57,084 nucleotides of DNA from a bacterium HR16 (GTDB lineage: Bacteria > Armatimonadota > HRBIN16): NCBI GenBank assembly GCA_002898895.1, contig BEHS01000002.1, positions 1 to 57,084 of the forward strand, given 5' to 3'. The notes beneath the pieces were generated by a model. It had not been told where the DNA came from. It worked only from the letters and a program-made list of their open reading frames with translations, and ran no database searches. Shown one piece after another: positions 18,201-26,248 of the stretch. The first letter of the stretch is position 1; every line of letters begins with the position of its first letter. The position numbers and the translations under genes were made by a program.

Positions 18201-18225
18201 CGGCTCGGCGGGAGCCTCGCCCTCC
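18201..18225 (-). repeat. REP unit, class A (right flank of RAYT, inverted)
   Basis: CGGCTCGGCGGGAGCCTCGCCCTCC is the reverse complement of the left copy with 1 mismatch. Confidence 0.7.
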
Positions 18226-18270
18226 AGGTGGGAGATTGGGGTGTTTGGCTCGACGCCTGCCGGGTGAGGT

Positions 18271-21200
18271 ATGCTCAGGAGGTGTACTGTGAACTGTCTG
18301 GCTTGGGTGTTTATCATGATGGCTCTTTCAGTAACCGTATCTGCTGCCCCGACAATCGGTGTCCTGCGCGTCGAGGAACGGCAACCCGATGCGCTACAGC
18401 GTGCGATTCGTCAGGCGATACCGGAGGCGAAGGTTGTTCCGGTATCTGTAGAGCACTTCGCCAGCGGGCGCCTGCCGCAGGAAACGGCAATGCTGGTGGT
18501 TCCGGAGGCACATCGCCTGCCCGCTGTTATCGCCGAGCCGCTGCAGAAGTGGGTGCGCTCTCGAAAAGGGGTACTTTTCGTGAGCAACGAGCCGCCACTG
18601 GGCACATGGCTCTATCGCGCGGGCAAACGGTGGGTGGAGCGACAGGAAGCCCTGCACGCGCTCGCGTCCTGGCGTCCCCTGTGGCAGGAGCCTCCTGCCC
18701 CGCAAAGTGGATGGCGACGCAGCACCAACGCGCCCGAAATAGATACCTCGTGGTCGCTGGTGGACACCCCACACGGCAAAGGCTATCGTCTCCGCGTGCC
18801 CAGACTGACGAGCTGGTGCACTTACGACCTGCCCATCGAACAGCCCTTCCGCGAAGGCGAGACGCTGATGCGCTTCTGGGCGAAGGGCGATAAGAACACC
18901 CGCGCCCTCTCCATCGAGTGGCGCGAGCGCGACGGCTCGCGCTGGGTGGCAACCGTGCCTCTTTCCGAAGGGTGGAAGCAGGTTGCGCTGGAACCGGCGG
19001 ACTTCCGCTACTGGCCCGACAACCCGTCTAAAGGGCGTGGAGGTGCTGGCGACCGATTGAAACCGGAAAACGCTGTGGAGATCTCTATTGGGCTGGCGCA
19101 CAGCTTCGCCTCCTACCCGCCGAATACGCCTCTGGAAGCGGTCATCGCCGATGTGCAGATAGGCAAGACAGCCCAATCGCTGCCTACCCCGCCCAGGTTC
19201 GCGCTGGAAGGCATCGCTCCGTGGTATAAGTTCTATCAAGATGCGCAGGGACGCTGGTGCAGCGTGATGCGTCATCGTGGCGTGGGCATTGGTGGGGTGT
19301 CGCCCGGAAGGCGTATCGTCGTCCCTCTTGGCGAGCGGGCGTGCCTGTTCATAAGCGGTAAGGGGGAAACCGAAGGGAGCGCATGGGCGTGGCTTCCCAC
19401 CTTCGAGGCAAACGCTTCCCATCTCTCGGCGATTCTGCGCCCGATGCTGCGCGGTTGGCACCTGATGCGCGCAGGCACCACGCGGTTTGGCTTCTGGAAA
19501 GAGCAGAAGGTGCAATACGGCGCAGAGGTGGCGAATTGGCGAGACATACCTGTGACCCTGCGCCTCGTTGCCCGCCTTTCCTCAAAGGGCAAGCCAGAAG
19601 TGTCTCAGCAGATGTCGGTGCGCCTGCAGCCCGGCGAACGGCGTGGCGTTTCCTTCCCTGAGACCAACCTGCCAGAGGGCGAGTGGTATGTGCGGGTCAC
19701 TGCGATGGCAGCGGACGGCACGCACGACGAGCTGGAGCACTCCTTCCACGTCATCGACAAACCGGCGGCGATGCCCCTCATTCGCGTGCAGGATGGATAT
19801 TTCGTGCAGGGGGACAAACCGTTTTACGCGCACGGCATCAACTTCTGGCCGCTGTGGATAGCCGGTCAAGAGCCGGACGAATACTGGGGGCACTGGCTCG
19901 GTCCCGAACAGTACGACCCTGCGGAGGTGGAACGCGCCCTGCGCATCGCGAAGCAGGTGGGGTTTAACGTGCTGTCGATTCAGTACACGAGCCTCTCCCA
20001 CGCGTCGCAGCTGGTGGACTTTTTAGAACGAGCACGCCGTCACGGGATGACGGTGAACCTGTTCATCACCGCCGCGCATCCGTTTGGCTTCGATCCGCAG
20101 CTGTTACGCCAGCTGATAGAAGCGGCGCGCATCCCGCAGTGGGGTAACATCTTCGCGTACGACATCGCGTGGGAGCCGGCGTGGGGTACCCATGCCGAGC
20201 GCAAACGGTTTGACCCCGCATGGCGTGAATGGATTGTCGAGCAGTACGGCTCCATCGAGAACGCCGAACGCGACTGGGGCTACGCCTTGCCCCGTGAAGA
20301 GGGCGTACCTACTAACCCCACCGACGAGCAGATACTGAACGACGGCGAGTGGCGACGTATGGTAGCCGCTTACCGTCGCTTTCTGGACGACCACGTGAAC
20401 CGTGCCTACTGGCGTGTGGTGAAATTCATTCGCAGTCTGGACGGACGCCACCTCATCGGCGTACGCACGGGATACGGAGGAAACGGCAGTCCGTGGGCGG
20501 ATTATCGGATGCCGTACGACCTGCTGGCGGGTGCGCCGTTCCTGGATTTCGTCTCGCCGGAGGGGTATTCCCTTACCGAAAACTGGCAGAACTTCCGCGC
20601 CGGGGGCTTCATTACCGCCTACGCCCGCTGGGCAGGTAACGGCAAGCCCGTCTTCTGGGCGGAGTTCGGGGCGAGCATCTATCCCGACACCACCCCGGAA
20701 CGCATCGCCTACCAGCGCAGCGTGTACGAGTGGATGTACCGCATGGTGGAGGAATCGCGGGCGGACGGCAGCGCGGGCTGGTGGTTCCCGGGCGGCTACC
20801 GCACCACCGAGAACAGCGACTTCGGCATTATCCATCCCGACGGCACGCTCCGTCCGGCGGCGCGGGTGGCGCAGCAGTGGACAAATCGTCTGGCGCAGAT
20901 ACCTCTGCAAACCGATGACCGCGAGGTACACGTTATTACCTTTGACCGCGACCTGCATCCGCGAGGCTTCTCGCAGGTGTGGGCACGCCATCGCGACGAA
21001 TACCTGAAAGCGGTGGAGGCGGGTAAGCGAGTGGAGCTGCGCACGGAGGGTACAGGCACAACCAGCGAAAACGTGCCGCTGGTGGCGGTGGGCAACGTGC
21101 CCTGCAACGGCAGTAATCCACCAAAGTACCTGAACGCGCAAATCCTGCAGGTAGAGGCGATAGACGCGCAGGGCGGGGCAAGCGAGGTAGAATCCGAACA

Positions 21201-21465
21201 ACCCCTGCCGCCCGATACGCGCCTCCTGCGCGTGACGGTGATGAACACCGGCGAGGCAACGTGGGTTCCTGCCGGCAAACGGCGCGTGGAGCTGGCGACC
21301 TCATGGGGCGAGCGCAAGGTGGTGGAAAAGCCGGTCGCACGCTACGCGATAACGCTATTCGAGATTCCGTTCGTAGCGCATACCCAACCTGCGGCGATAC
21401 GCCTGCAGCTGGTAACCGAAGAGGGTAAAATCGTGCCCTTTGGCGAGCGACGCCTCTTGAAATAG
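18271..21465 (+). CDS. Large secreted protein with a clan GH-A (GH5-like) TIM-barrel glycosidase-like domain
   Basis: Signal peptide ...CLAWVFIMMALSVTVSAAP. An alternative GTG start at 18289 lies 7 nt after AGGAGG. Barrel motifs: KPFYAHGINFWP, VGFNVLSIQY, an acid/base-like strand NIFAYDIAWEP (WEP instead of NEP) and a nucleophile-like strand KPVFWAEFG. Confidence 0.65.
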   Translation: MLRRCTVNCLAWVFIMMALSVTVSAAPTIGVLRVEERQPDALQRAIRQAIPEAKVVPVSVEHFASGRLPQETAMLVVPEAHRLPAVIAEPLQKWVRSRKGVLFVSNEPPLGTWLYRAGKRWVERQEALHALASWRPLWQEPPAPQSGWRRSTNAPEIDTSWSLVDTPHGKGYRLRVPRLTSWCTYDLPIEQPFREGETLMRFWAKGDKNTRALSIEWRERDGSRWVATVPLSEGWKQVALEPADFRYWPDNPSKGRGGAGDRLKPENAVEISIGLAHSFASYPPNTPLEAVIADVQIGKTAQSLPTPPRFALEGIAPWYKFYQDAQGRWCSVMRHRGVGIGGVSPGRRIVVPLGERACLFISGKGETEGSAWAWLPTFEANASHLSAILRPMLRGWHLMRAGTTRFGFWKEQKVQYGAEVANWRDIPVTLRLVARLSSKGKPEVSQQMSVRLQPGERRGVSFPETNLPEGEWYVRVTAMAADGTHDELEHSFHVIDKPAAMPLIRVQDGYFVQGDKPFYAHGINFWPLWIAGQEPDEYWGHWLGPEQYDPAEVERALRIAKQVGFNVLSIQYTSLSHASQLVDFLERARRHGMTVNLFITAAHPFGFDPQLLRQLIEAARIPQWGNIFAYDIAWEPAWGTHAERKRFDPAWREWIVEQYGSIENAERDWGYALPREEGVPTNPTDEQILNDGEWRRMVAAYRRFLDDHVNRAYWRVVKFIRSLDGRHLIGVRTGYGGNGSPWADYRMPYDLLAGAPFLDFVSPEGYSLTENWQNFRAGGFITAYARWAGNGKPVFWAEFGASIYPDTTPERIAYQRSVYEWMYRMVEESRADGSAGWWFPGGYRTTENSDFGIIHPDGTLRPAARVAQQWTNRLAQIPLQTDDREVHVITFDRDLHPRGFSQVWARHRDEYLKAVEAGKRVELRTEGTGTTSENVPLVAVGNVPCNGSNPPKYLNAQILQVEAIDAQGGASEVESEQPLPPDTRLLRVTVMNTGEATWVPAGKRRVELATSWGERKVVEKPVARYAITLFEIPFVAHTQPAAIRLQLVTEEGKIVPFGERRLLK

Positions 21466-21485
21466 TATACAAAATATGATATAAT
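21457..21485 (+). promoter_or_regulatory. Consensus sigma70 promoter (TTGAAA-17-TATAAT)
   Basis: TTGAAA at 21457-21462, a 17-nt spacer, then TATAAT at 21480-21485. It overlaps the stop codon of the upstream gene and precedes the 21609 CDS by about 120 nt. Confidence 0.55.
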
Positions 21486-21608
21486 TCTTGTGCTATGACA
21501 CGTCGTCATGCCCTGGCACAAGCTTTCCTCTCCGGCTGTGGGGCGTCGCCGTGGTGGACGCCCCGCTGGGGAGGACTGTTCAGCTTCATTCAGGAGGGAG
21601 AAACGAAG

Positions 21609-22130
21609 ATGCCGTTCAACTTCAAACGCTATCTGATTAAGGTGCAGGGCGGACGCTATTACCTGCCCGTCGCCGCCCGACTGGTGTGGTTCCGTGAGGA
21701 GCATCCCAACTGGCGCGTCGAGACCGAGCCACTGGAAATCGACGCCGAGCGCGGTATCGCCATCTTCCGCGCACGTGTCATCGACGAGGACGGCAACGTA
21801 CTCGCCACCGGTACCAAGATGGAAACGCGCGAGGGCTTTGCGGACTTCATCGAGAAAGCCGAGACGGGAGCTATCGGTCGTGCACTGGCGGTAGCGGGTT
21901 TCGGCACGCAGTTCGCACCGGAGCTGTCGGAGGGCGGTGTGGTGCATCCGGTAGACACGCCCGTTACCGCTCTGCGCGAGCGCGAGGAGCCGCCACGCGA
22001 ATTGCGCTGTTCCGACTGCGGTGCGCCCATCACCGAGGGCGTGTACAAGCTCTCCGAGAACCGCTACGGTCGCCCGCTGTGCGCCAACTGCCAGAAGAAG
22101 CACACGCCGCTTGCCCAGCCGAGGGGGTAG
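21609..22130 (+). CDS. Hypothetical protein: Rad52/Sak-like single-strand-annealing-type N-domain plus a C-terminal CxxC...CxxC zinc ribbon
   Basis: ATG 21609 follows AGGAGGGAG. The sequence is MPFNFKRYLIKVQGGRYYLPVAARLVWFREEHPNW...ATGTKMETREGFADFIEKAETGAIGRALAVAGFGTQF, then CSDCGAPITEGVYKLSENRYGRPLCANCQ. The 37 codons upstream of 21609 (track start 21495) are Trp/Arg-rich and look untranslated. Confidence 0.5.
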   Translation: MPFNFKRYLIKVQGGRYYLPVAARLVWFREEHPNWRVETEPLEIDAERGIAIFRARVIDEDGNVLATGTKMETREGFADFIEKAETGAIGRALAVAGFGTQFAPELSEGGVVHPVDTPVTALREREEPPRELRCSDCGAPITEGVYKLSENRYGRPLCANCQKKHTPLAQPRG

Positions 22131-22145
22131 GGGGAAGGTGTCTTT

Positions 22146-22242
22146 ACGGCTAAAGCCGTTCCCTGTCGCATGAAGCCAGCCTGCACTGGCTGAGAACCCT
22201 GCGAAGGCAGGGTTTCGTTTGCAAGGGTGCGGCTTTAGCCGC
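22146..22242. repeat. Cluster of four short hairpins between convergent genes (repeat family C)
   Basis: ACGGCTAAAGCCGT; GCCAGCCTGCACTGGC; AACCCTGCGAAGGCAGGGTT; GCGGCTTTAGCCGC. The segment 22172-22207 recurs, inverted, at 48685-48722. Confidence 0.55.
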
Positions 22243-22252
22243 AAACGCCGGT

Positions 22253-23392
22253 TTATGCCAGCTGTTTCTTCAGCCACGCGAACGCGCTGGCTTGCATCTG
22301 CAGGTCAAACTTGTGTCCGCCCGGGTAGAACTCGCCCACATAGTTGTCCGGTGCGCCTGCGCGACGATAGTGAGACGCAATACGCTGATGCGCCGCACGC
22401 ATTCCCTCCTGCGTGAACAGACCATCATCGAGGTCGTACTGCACCATCAGCGGCGAGGGGGCACGGCACGCGGCAAGGTCGGACCAGTCACCATAACGCG
22501 CCCATCCCCAGGGTAGAACCATCCATGTGTGCGTCACCACGTTGTGGTCCAGCAGGTGCTCAAAGGTGCTCATCATGCCCACGATGACCGCCGCGCGGAT
22601 GCGGTCGCAGGTCGCCTGAAGCAGGGCGGAACGGCAACCTCCGCCCGATAGTCCCACACATCCTATCGCGTCCGCGCGCACGTCGCTACGGGAGGCGAGA
22701 TAGTTCGCCGCCACGCGGTCTTCATAGCTGACCACACCAGCCAGCGTCGTGCCCAGCAGGTGGCAGTACTTCTCGACAGTGTGTTCATGGAACGCCGAGA
22801 CACTGTTGAACAGGGAAATCTCGTCGGGTGTGCTCTCGTTTCTCCACCGCGAATGAATAGCAGTGCCAACGCTTCTGTCCCAATCGGGAATATCGCTTAG
22901 CGGGAACTTGCGACTGCCCCACAGGAACACATCGGGAACCAGCACCACGAAGCCCTCCTTCGCCAGCGCGTTGGCGAAGGCACGACCGCCGTAGTATGCC
23001 TCGCGGAAGGGGACCAGCACAGGAGGAGTATCCTCCGGGCCATCGGCGATTTTCTCTTTGCCGTAGTACTTGAAGCCGCCATGGTCGTGCAGAGCGATCA
23101 CACCGGGCAGAGGTTCCTTCGCGCCCTCGGGTTTCAACAGCCAGGCGTGCGTGCGAGGACCGTACCCTACCGACCACGATACCTCTTCGCCTTCCAGTCC
23201 GTCGCGCTTCCAGCGCCGCTCTACTCTGACCTCGTGCGGGCGTTCGTCCTCGAAATGAAAGCCCAGAATCTCCCGGATGCGCTGTTGCGTTTTCTTGCCC
23301 GGCGGGGCTGTCGGATACAGTTTATGTGCCCTCTTCGCGGCATCTACCCAATCGCTGTATACTCCCAGATGTTGATAGGTGCGTGACATCAT
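22253..23392 (-). CDS. Alpha/beta-hydrolase (dienelactone hydrolase / acetyl-xylan-esterase-like)
   Basis: Nucleophile elbow CVGLSGGG, upstream HDHGG segment and C-terminal GGHKF. Start assigned to ATGATG at 23392/23389, after GAGGAGAG; the track start is 23464. Confidence 0.7.
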   Translation of the reverse strand: MMSRTYQHLGVYSDWVDAAKRAHKLYPTAPPGKKTQQRIREILGFHFEDERPHEVRVERRWKRDGLEGEEVSWSVGYGPRTHAWLLKPEGAKEPLPGVIALHDHGGFKYYGKEKIADGPEDTPPVLVPFREAYYGGRAFANALAKEGFVVLVPDVFLWGSRKFPLSDIPDWDRSVGTAIHSRWRNESTPDEISLFNSVSAFHEHTVEKYCHLLGTTLAGVVSYEDRVAANYLASRSDVRADAIGCVGLSGGGCRSALLQATCDRIRAAVIVGMMSTFEHLLDHNVVTHTWMVLPWGWARYGDWSDLAACRAPSPLMVQYDLDDGLFTQEGMRAAHQRIASHYRRAGAPDNYVGEFYPGGHKFDLQMQASAFAWLKKQLA

Positions 23393-23625
23393 TGCTCTCC
23401 TCGTGGTCTGTAAACGTGTCCTTCGGAAGATAGTCCACTTGACACGGATGCAACGGATGGACACGGTTGAATTATCCGCGTTAATCCGTGTCCTCTGAGA
23501 ATTGTTTTCTGTTTCGGCTTGCTCTGAGGTTCTTCCTTCTCCGAGTGAAGGCAGAAGGAGCGCAGGGATAGCGGTTAGTAGTTGCGAACATACAGGTAAC
23601 GCACCTGTAGCGAGGGGGGAGAGCT

Positions 23626-24357
23626 GTGGGTTTTCTGAGCAGAGCCTTTACCCTGATTGAGCTTCTTGTCGTTATCGCCATTATTGCTATACTTGCGGCG
23701 ATACTGTTCCCAGTCTTCTCGCAGGCAAGGGAGAAGGCACGGCAGACATCTTGCCTTTCCAACATGCGCCAGCTGGGCATCGCCCTGAATATGTACATGG
23801 AGGATTCCGACGGCTTGAGCTTCTTCTTTGGACACAACCGCTGGCTCAGCCGATGCAGTCCCTCTACGCCTCTGGGCGCCACGCGCGAAAATCGCTGGTG
23901 GAACCAGATACTGCCTTATACCCGCATGGGCGGCGCGCTGCTGGTGTGTCCGTCGGACGGGGGAAGGGTGCCGCATGCGCTGGAGGACGGGCGGGATGGA
24001 CGACCGTTTGTGCCGCGCTCGTACGTGGCAAATCGTGCGGGGGAATGTTTGCCCGTTGCAGCGATAGAGAACCCTGCGGACATCGTGATTGTCACCGAGA
24101 AGGGCGACCCGTTTGACGACTCCTGGTTCGAGCCCCCCAAGAATCTGTATAACAAGGCGGGTTACAATCAGCCGGTACTGGCGATGACGCGCCATTCCGG
24201 TGGCTGTAACTGCATGTTCTTCGACGGTCATGCCAAATGGCTGAGCCGCGGTGCGTGGTTGTCAAACCCCTGCGGGGAGCCTTATTCGGGAGTAGAACTG
24301 ATTCGCCGTTACCCCATCCCGGGCGGCGACTTCTGGCATCCCAACTGCCCGCAATAG
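23626..24357 (+). CDS. Prepilin-type N-terminal cleavage/methylation protein with an H-X9-DG domain (pseudopilin-like)
   Basis: GTG start after GAGGGGGGA. Sequence: [50 protein letters not shown]...[17 protein letters not shown]. Confidence 0.85.
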   Translation: MGFLSRAFTLIELLVVIAIIAILAAILFPVFSQAREKARQTSCLSNMRQLGIALNMYMEDSDGLSFFFGHNRWLSRCSPSTPLGATRENRWWNQILPYTRMGGALLVCPSDGGRVPHALEDGRDGRPFVPRSYVANRAGECLPVAAIENPADIVIVTEKGDPFDDSWFEPPKNLYNKAGYNQPVLAMTRHSGGCNCMFFDGHAKWLSRGAWLSNPCGEPYSGVELIRRYPIPGGDFWHPNCPQ

Positions 24358-24363
24358 AGAAAT

Positions 24364-24376
24364 TGTGGTATAATCT
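24364..24376 (+). promoter_or_regulatory. Extended -10 promoter element upstream of rpmE
   Basis: TGTGGTATAATCT, with TATAAT at 24369-24374. The identical 13-mer recurs upstream of hicB at 48180-48192. Confidence 0.4.
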
Positions 24377-24418
24377 CGCATTGGGCAGAGTGCCGATAAT
24401 CAGGGAGGGAGATTTCGG

Positions 24419-24622
24419 ATGAAGCAAGGCATCCATCCAGAATACAAAATCGCGACGGTGGCCTGCGCTTGCTGGAACACCTTCATCACGCGCTCGTTGA
24501 AAGAGGAGATTCACGTGGAAATCTGCTCGAAGTGCCATCCGTTCTTCACGGGCAAGCAGAAGATTGTGGACACCGGTGGGCGCGTGGAGCGGTTCCTGCG
24601 CAAGTACGGTCTGCAAGGGTAG
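24419..24622 (+). CDS. rpmE: 50S ribosomal protein L31 (zinc-binding type A)
   Basis: [26 protein letters not shown]...[27 protein letters not shown]. Confidence 0.95.
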   Translation: MKQGIHPEYKIATVACACWNTFITRSLKEEIHVEICSKCHPFFTGKQKIVDTGGRVERFLRKYGLQG

Positions 24623-24652
24623 TGTGGTCACCTCGCCCACAGGGAGGGCGCG

Positions 24653-25561
24653 ATGAAAGAAAATCTGCAATACGGCGGGCAGGCGGTCATCGAAGGGGTG
24701 ATGATGCGCAGCCCGCGATACTTCGCGGTGGCATGCCGCCACCCCAACGGCGAGATTGTGCTGAAGCTGGAGGACCTCGCCAACCTGTGGCTGGCGCGTT
24801 TGAAGTGGCTCAATCGCCCCTTCCTGCGGGGAACGCTGGCGCTGCTGGACGCAATGGCGCTGGGCATCCGTGCCTTGCGTTTTTCCGCCGATGTGCAGAT
24901 GGAAGAACAAACGCAAACCGTCCAGCAGAAACGCATTAACGACCTCGCCATCGGCTCCACCATGATTATCGGACTGCTTGTTGGGCTGGGGCTATTCGTT
25001 GCCCTGCCGACCACGCTTACGCAGCTGCTTCCCTGGAAGCATCCCGTTCTGCTCAATATGCTGGACGGCGTTATCCGCATCGCCCTTTTCATCGGCTACG
25101 TGCTGGCGGTGGGAAGCCTCAAGGAGATACGGCGCGTGTTCCAGTATCATGGCGCGGAGCACAAGGCGATTAACACCCTCGAAGCAGGGCTACCTCTGAC
25201 AATGGAGAACGCCAGACAGCAATCGCGCATTCATCCCCGCTGCGGCACCAGCTTCGTGATGGTGGTGCTGATACTGGCAATCTTCGTTTTCTCGCTCACC
25301 GGTCGTCCGCCGATATGGATACGCATTCCCCTGCACATCGCGCTGTTGCCTCTGGTGGCGGGCATCGCCTACGAAGCCATCAAGTTCGCGGGCAGACACA
25401 AAGATTCACGCTTCACGCGCTGGTTGCTCGCGCCCGGCTTGTGGAGCCAGCACATCACCACCCGCGAGCCAGAGGAGCCTCAGATAGAGGTCGCTCTGCG
25501 TGCCCTGCAGGCGGTGGTGGAGCAGGAACGGCGGGCGAACGAAGTGGTTTCGGTGGCGTAG
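24653..25561 (+). CDS. DUF1385 (YqhQ-like) membrane protein
   Basis: MKENLQYGGQAVIEGVMMRSPRYFAVACR...YHGAEHKAIN...HPRCGTSF. Its position after rpmE is the common context for this family. Confidence 0.75.
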   Translation: MKENLQYGGQAVIEGVMMRSPRYFAVACRHPNGEIVLKLEDLANLWLARLKWLNRPFLRGTLALLDAMALGIRALRFSADVQMEEQTQTVQQKRINDLAIGSTMIIGLLVGLGLFVALPTTLTQLLPWKHPVLLNMLDGVIRIALFIGYVLAVGSLKEIRRVFQYHGAEHKAINTLEAGLPLTMENARQQSRIHPRCGTSFVMVVLILAIFVFSLTGRPPIWIRIPLHIALLPLVAGIAYEAIKFAGRHKDSRFTRWLLAPGLWSQHITTREPEEPQIEVALRALQAVVEQERRANEVVSVA

Positions 25562-26087
25562 GCTCCTCTATCGTAACTACCCTGAACACATATACATCCA
25601 CCGCCTCTCCTTCGCGAATGCGTGCCTTCTGTCTCGCCAGGGTGAGCATCCGCCGCACCGTGCGCCCTTCATGTGGTAGCACCACCGCGCTGCGGTTACC
25701 GCTTCTGACGAGCACGCCGTGTTCGCGGGGGCGGATGCGAGCAGGCGAGGTGGGTTGAGGCGGACTAATGACAATGGTGAGGATGATTCTCACCCTATCT
25801 ATTTCATCCGCTCGCAGGGGAGGAAAGCGCGTGTCGCGGGTGAGTACTCCCCTCGCACTTGCCACAATCTCCTCTGCGATGTGGCGGTGTTGAGGCTCCA
25901 GCGTGCCCCAGCAGGCGCGCAGTTTACCGTTTTTCACCAGCGTCAGAAACACTCCGGCGCGGCGCGAAGTGAGCTCAGGTGGAACGTCGCGTGGCAGGCG
26001 GTATGTTTTACCTTGCACGGCTGCCTCCAGCGCGTTTCGGGCGATTGCTATCGCTTGTTTTGCATGAGGGAACGGCTCCACAGGCAA
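25455..26087 (-). CDS. AMMECR1-domain protein
   Basis: RRAGVFLTLVKNGKLRACWGTLEP (compare the family motif GvFVTl...LRGCIG). TTG start. The Pro/Ala-rich tail overlaps the convergent DUF1385 gene by 107 nt. Confidence 0.7.
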   Translation of the reverse strand: MPVEPFPHAKQAIAIARNALEAAVQGKTYRLPRDVPPELTSRRAGVFLTLVKNGKLRACWGTLEPQHRHIAEEIVASARGVLTRDTRFPPLRADEIDRVRIILTIVISPPQPTSPARIRPREHGVLVRSGNRSAVVLPHEGRTVRRMLTLARQKARIREGEAVDVYVFRVVTIEEPTPPKPLRSPAVPAPPPPAGHAERPLSEAPLARGW

Positions 26088-26219
26088 ACAACCTCTCTAC
26101 CCGATTAAGGCAGTTGCCCAGCAAGGGGCGTTGCCCAGCCAGTGCTGAACGCGCTCTGCGGTATAGGGCACGCCGAGCGTGAAGCCTTCGGGCCACGCCC
26201 TGTCCGATTGACGGCTAGA

Positions 26220-26248
26220 AGTGTATCGGTTCCCAAGCGGATTGTCAA
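26220..26248 (-). promoter_or_regulatory. Candidate sigma70 promoter for the AMMECR1 gene
   Basis: On the minus strand: TTGACA (26248-26243), a 17-nt spacer, then TACACT (26225-26220). The -35 element overlaps the GH13 stop codon. Confidence 0.45.

Larger units (their letters stand above)
17678..18225 (+). mobile_element. REP/RAYT unit: a tyrosine (HUH) transposase gene bracketed by inverted REP copies
   Basis: GGAGGGCGAGGCTCCTGCCGAGCCG at 17678-17702 and its reverse complement (1 mismatch) at 18201-18225 lie 21 nt before the start and 9 nt after the stop of the RAYT ORF. Confidence 0.7.

Noticed and set aside
18394-19515. 373-aa minus-strand ORF, and similar long antisense ORFs at 13822-14853, 20104-21201, 21342-22277 and 32975-33907
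   Set aside because: All lie opposite better-supported genes, are Arg/Pro/His-rich, and lack start-site signals.
21495-21608. Upstream ATG that would add 38 residues to the Rad52-like protein, possibly as a leaderless start next to the consensus promoter
   Set aside because: The added peptide is Trp/Arg/Gly-rich and contains the leader hairpin, and a strong AGGAGGGAG RBS precedes ATG 21609. Leaderless use cannot be excluded without transcription-start data.
24121-24140. tRNA T-arm-like string GGTTCGAGCCCC
   Set aside because: It lies inside the well-supported pseudopilin CDS, and no acceptor or anticodon arms can be built around it.
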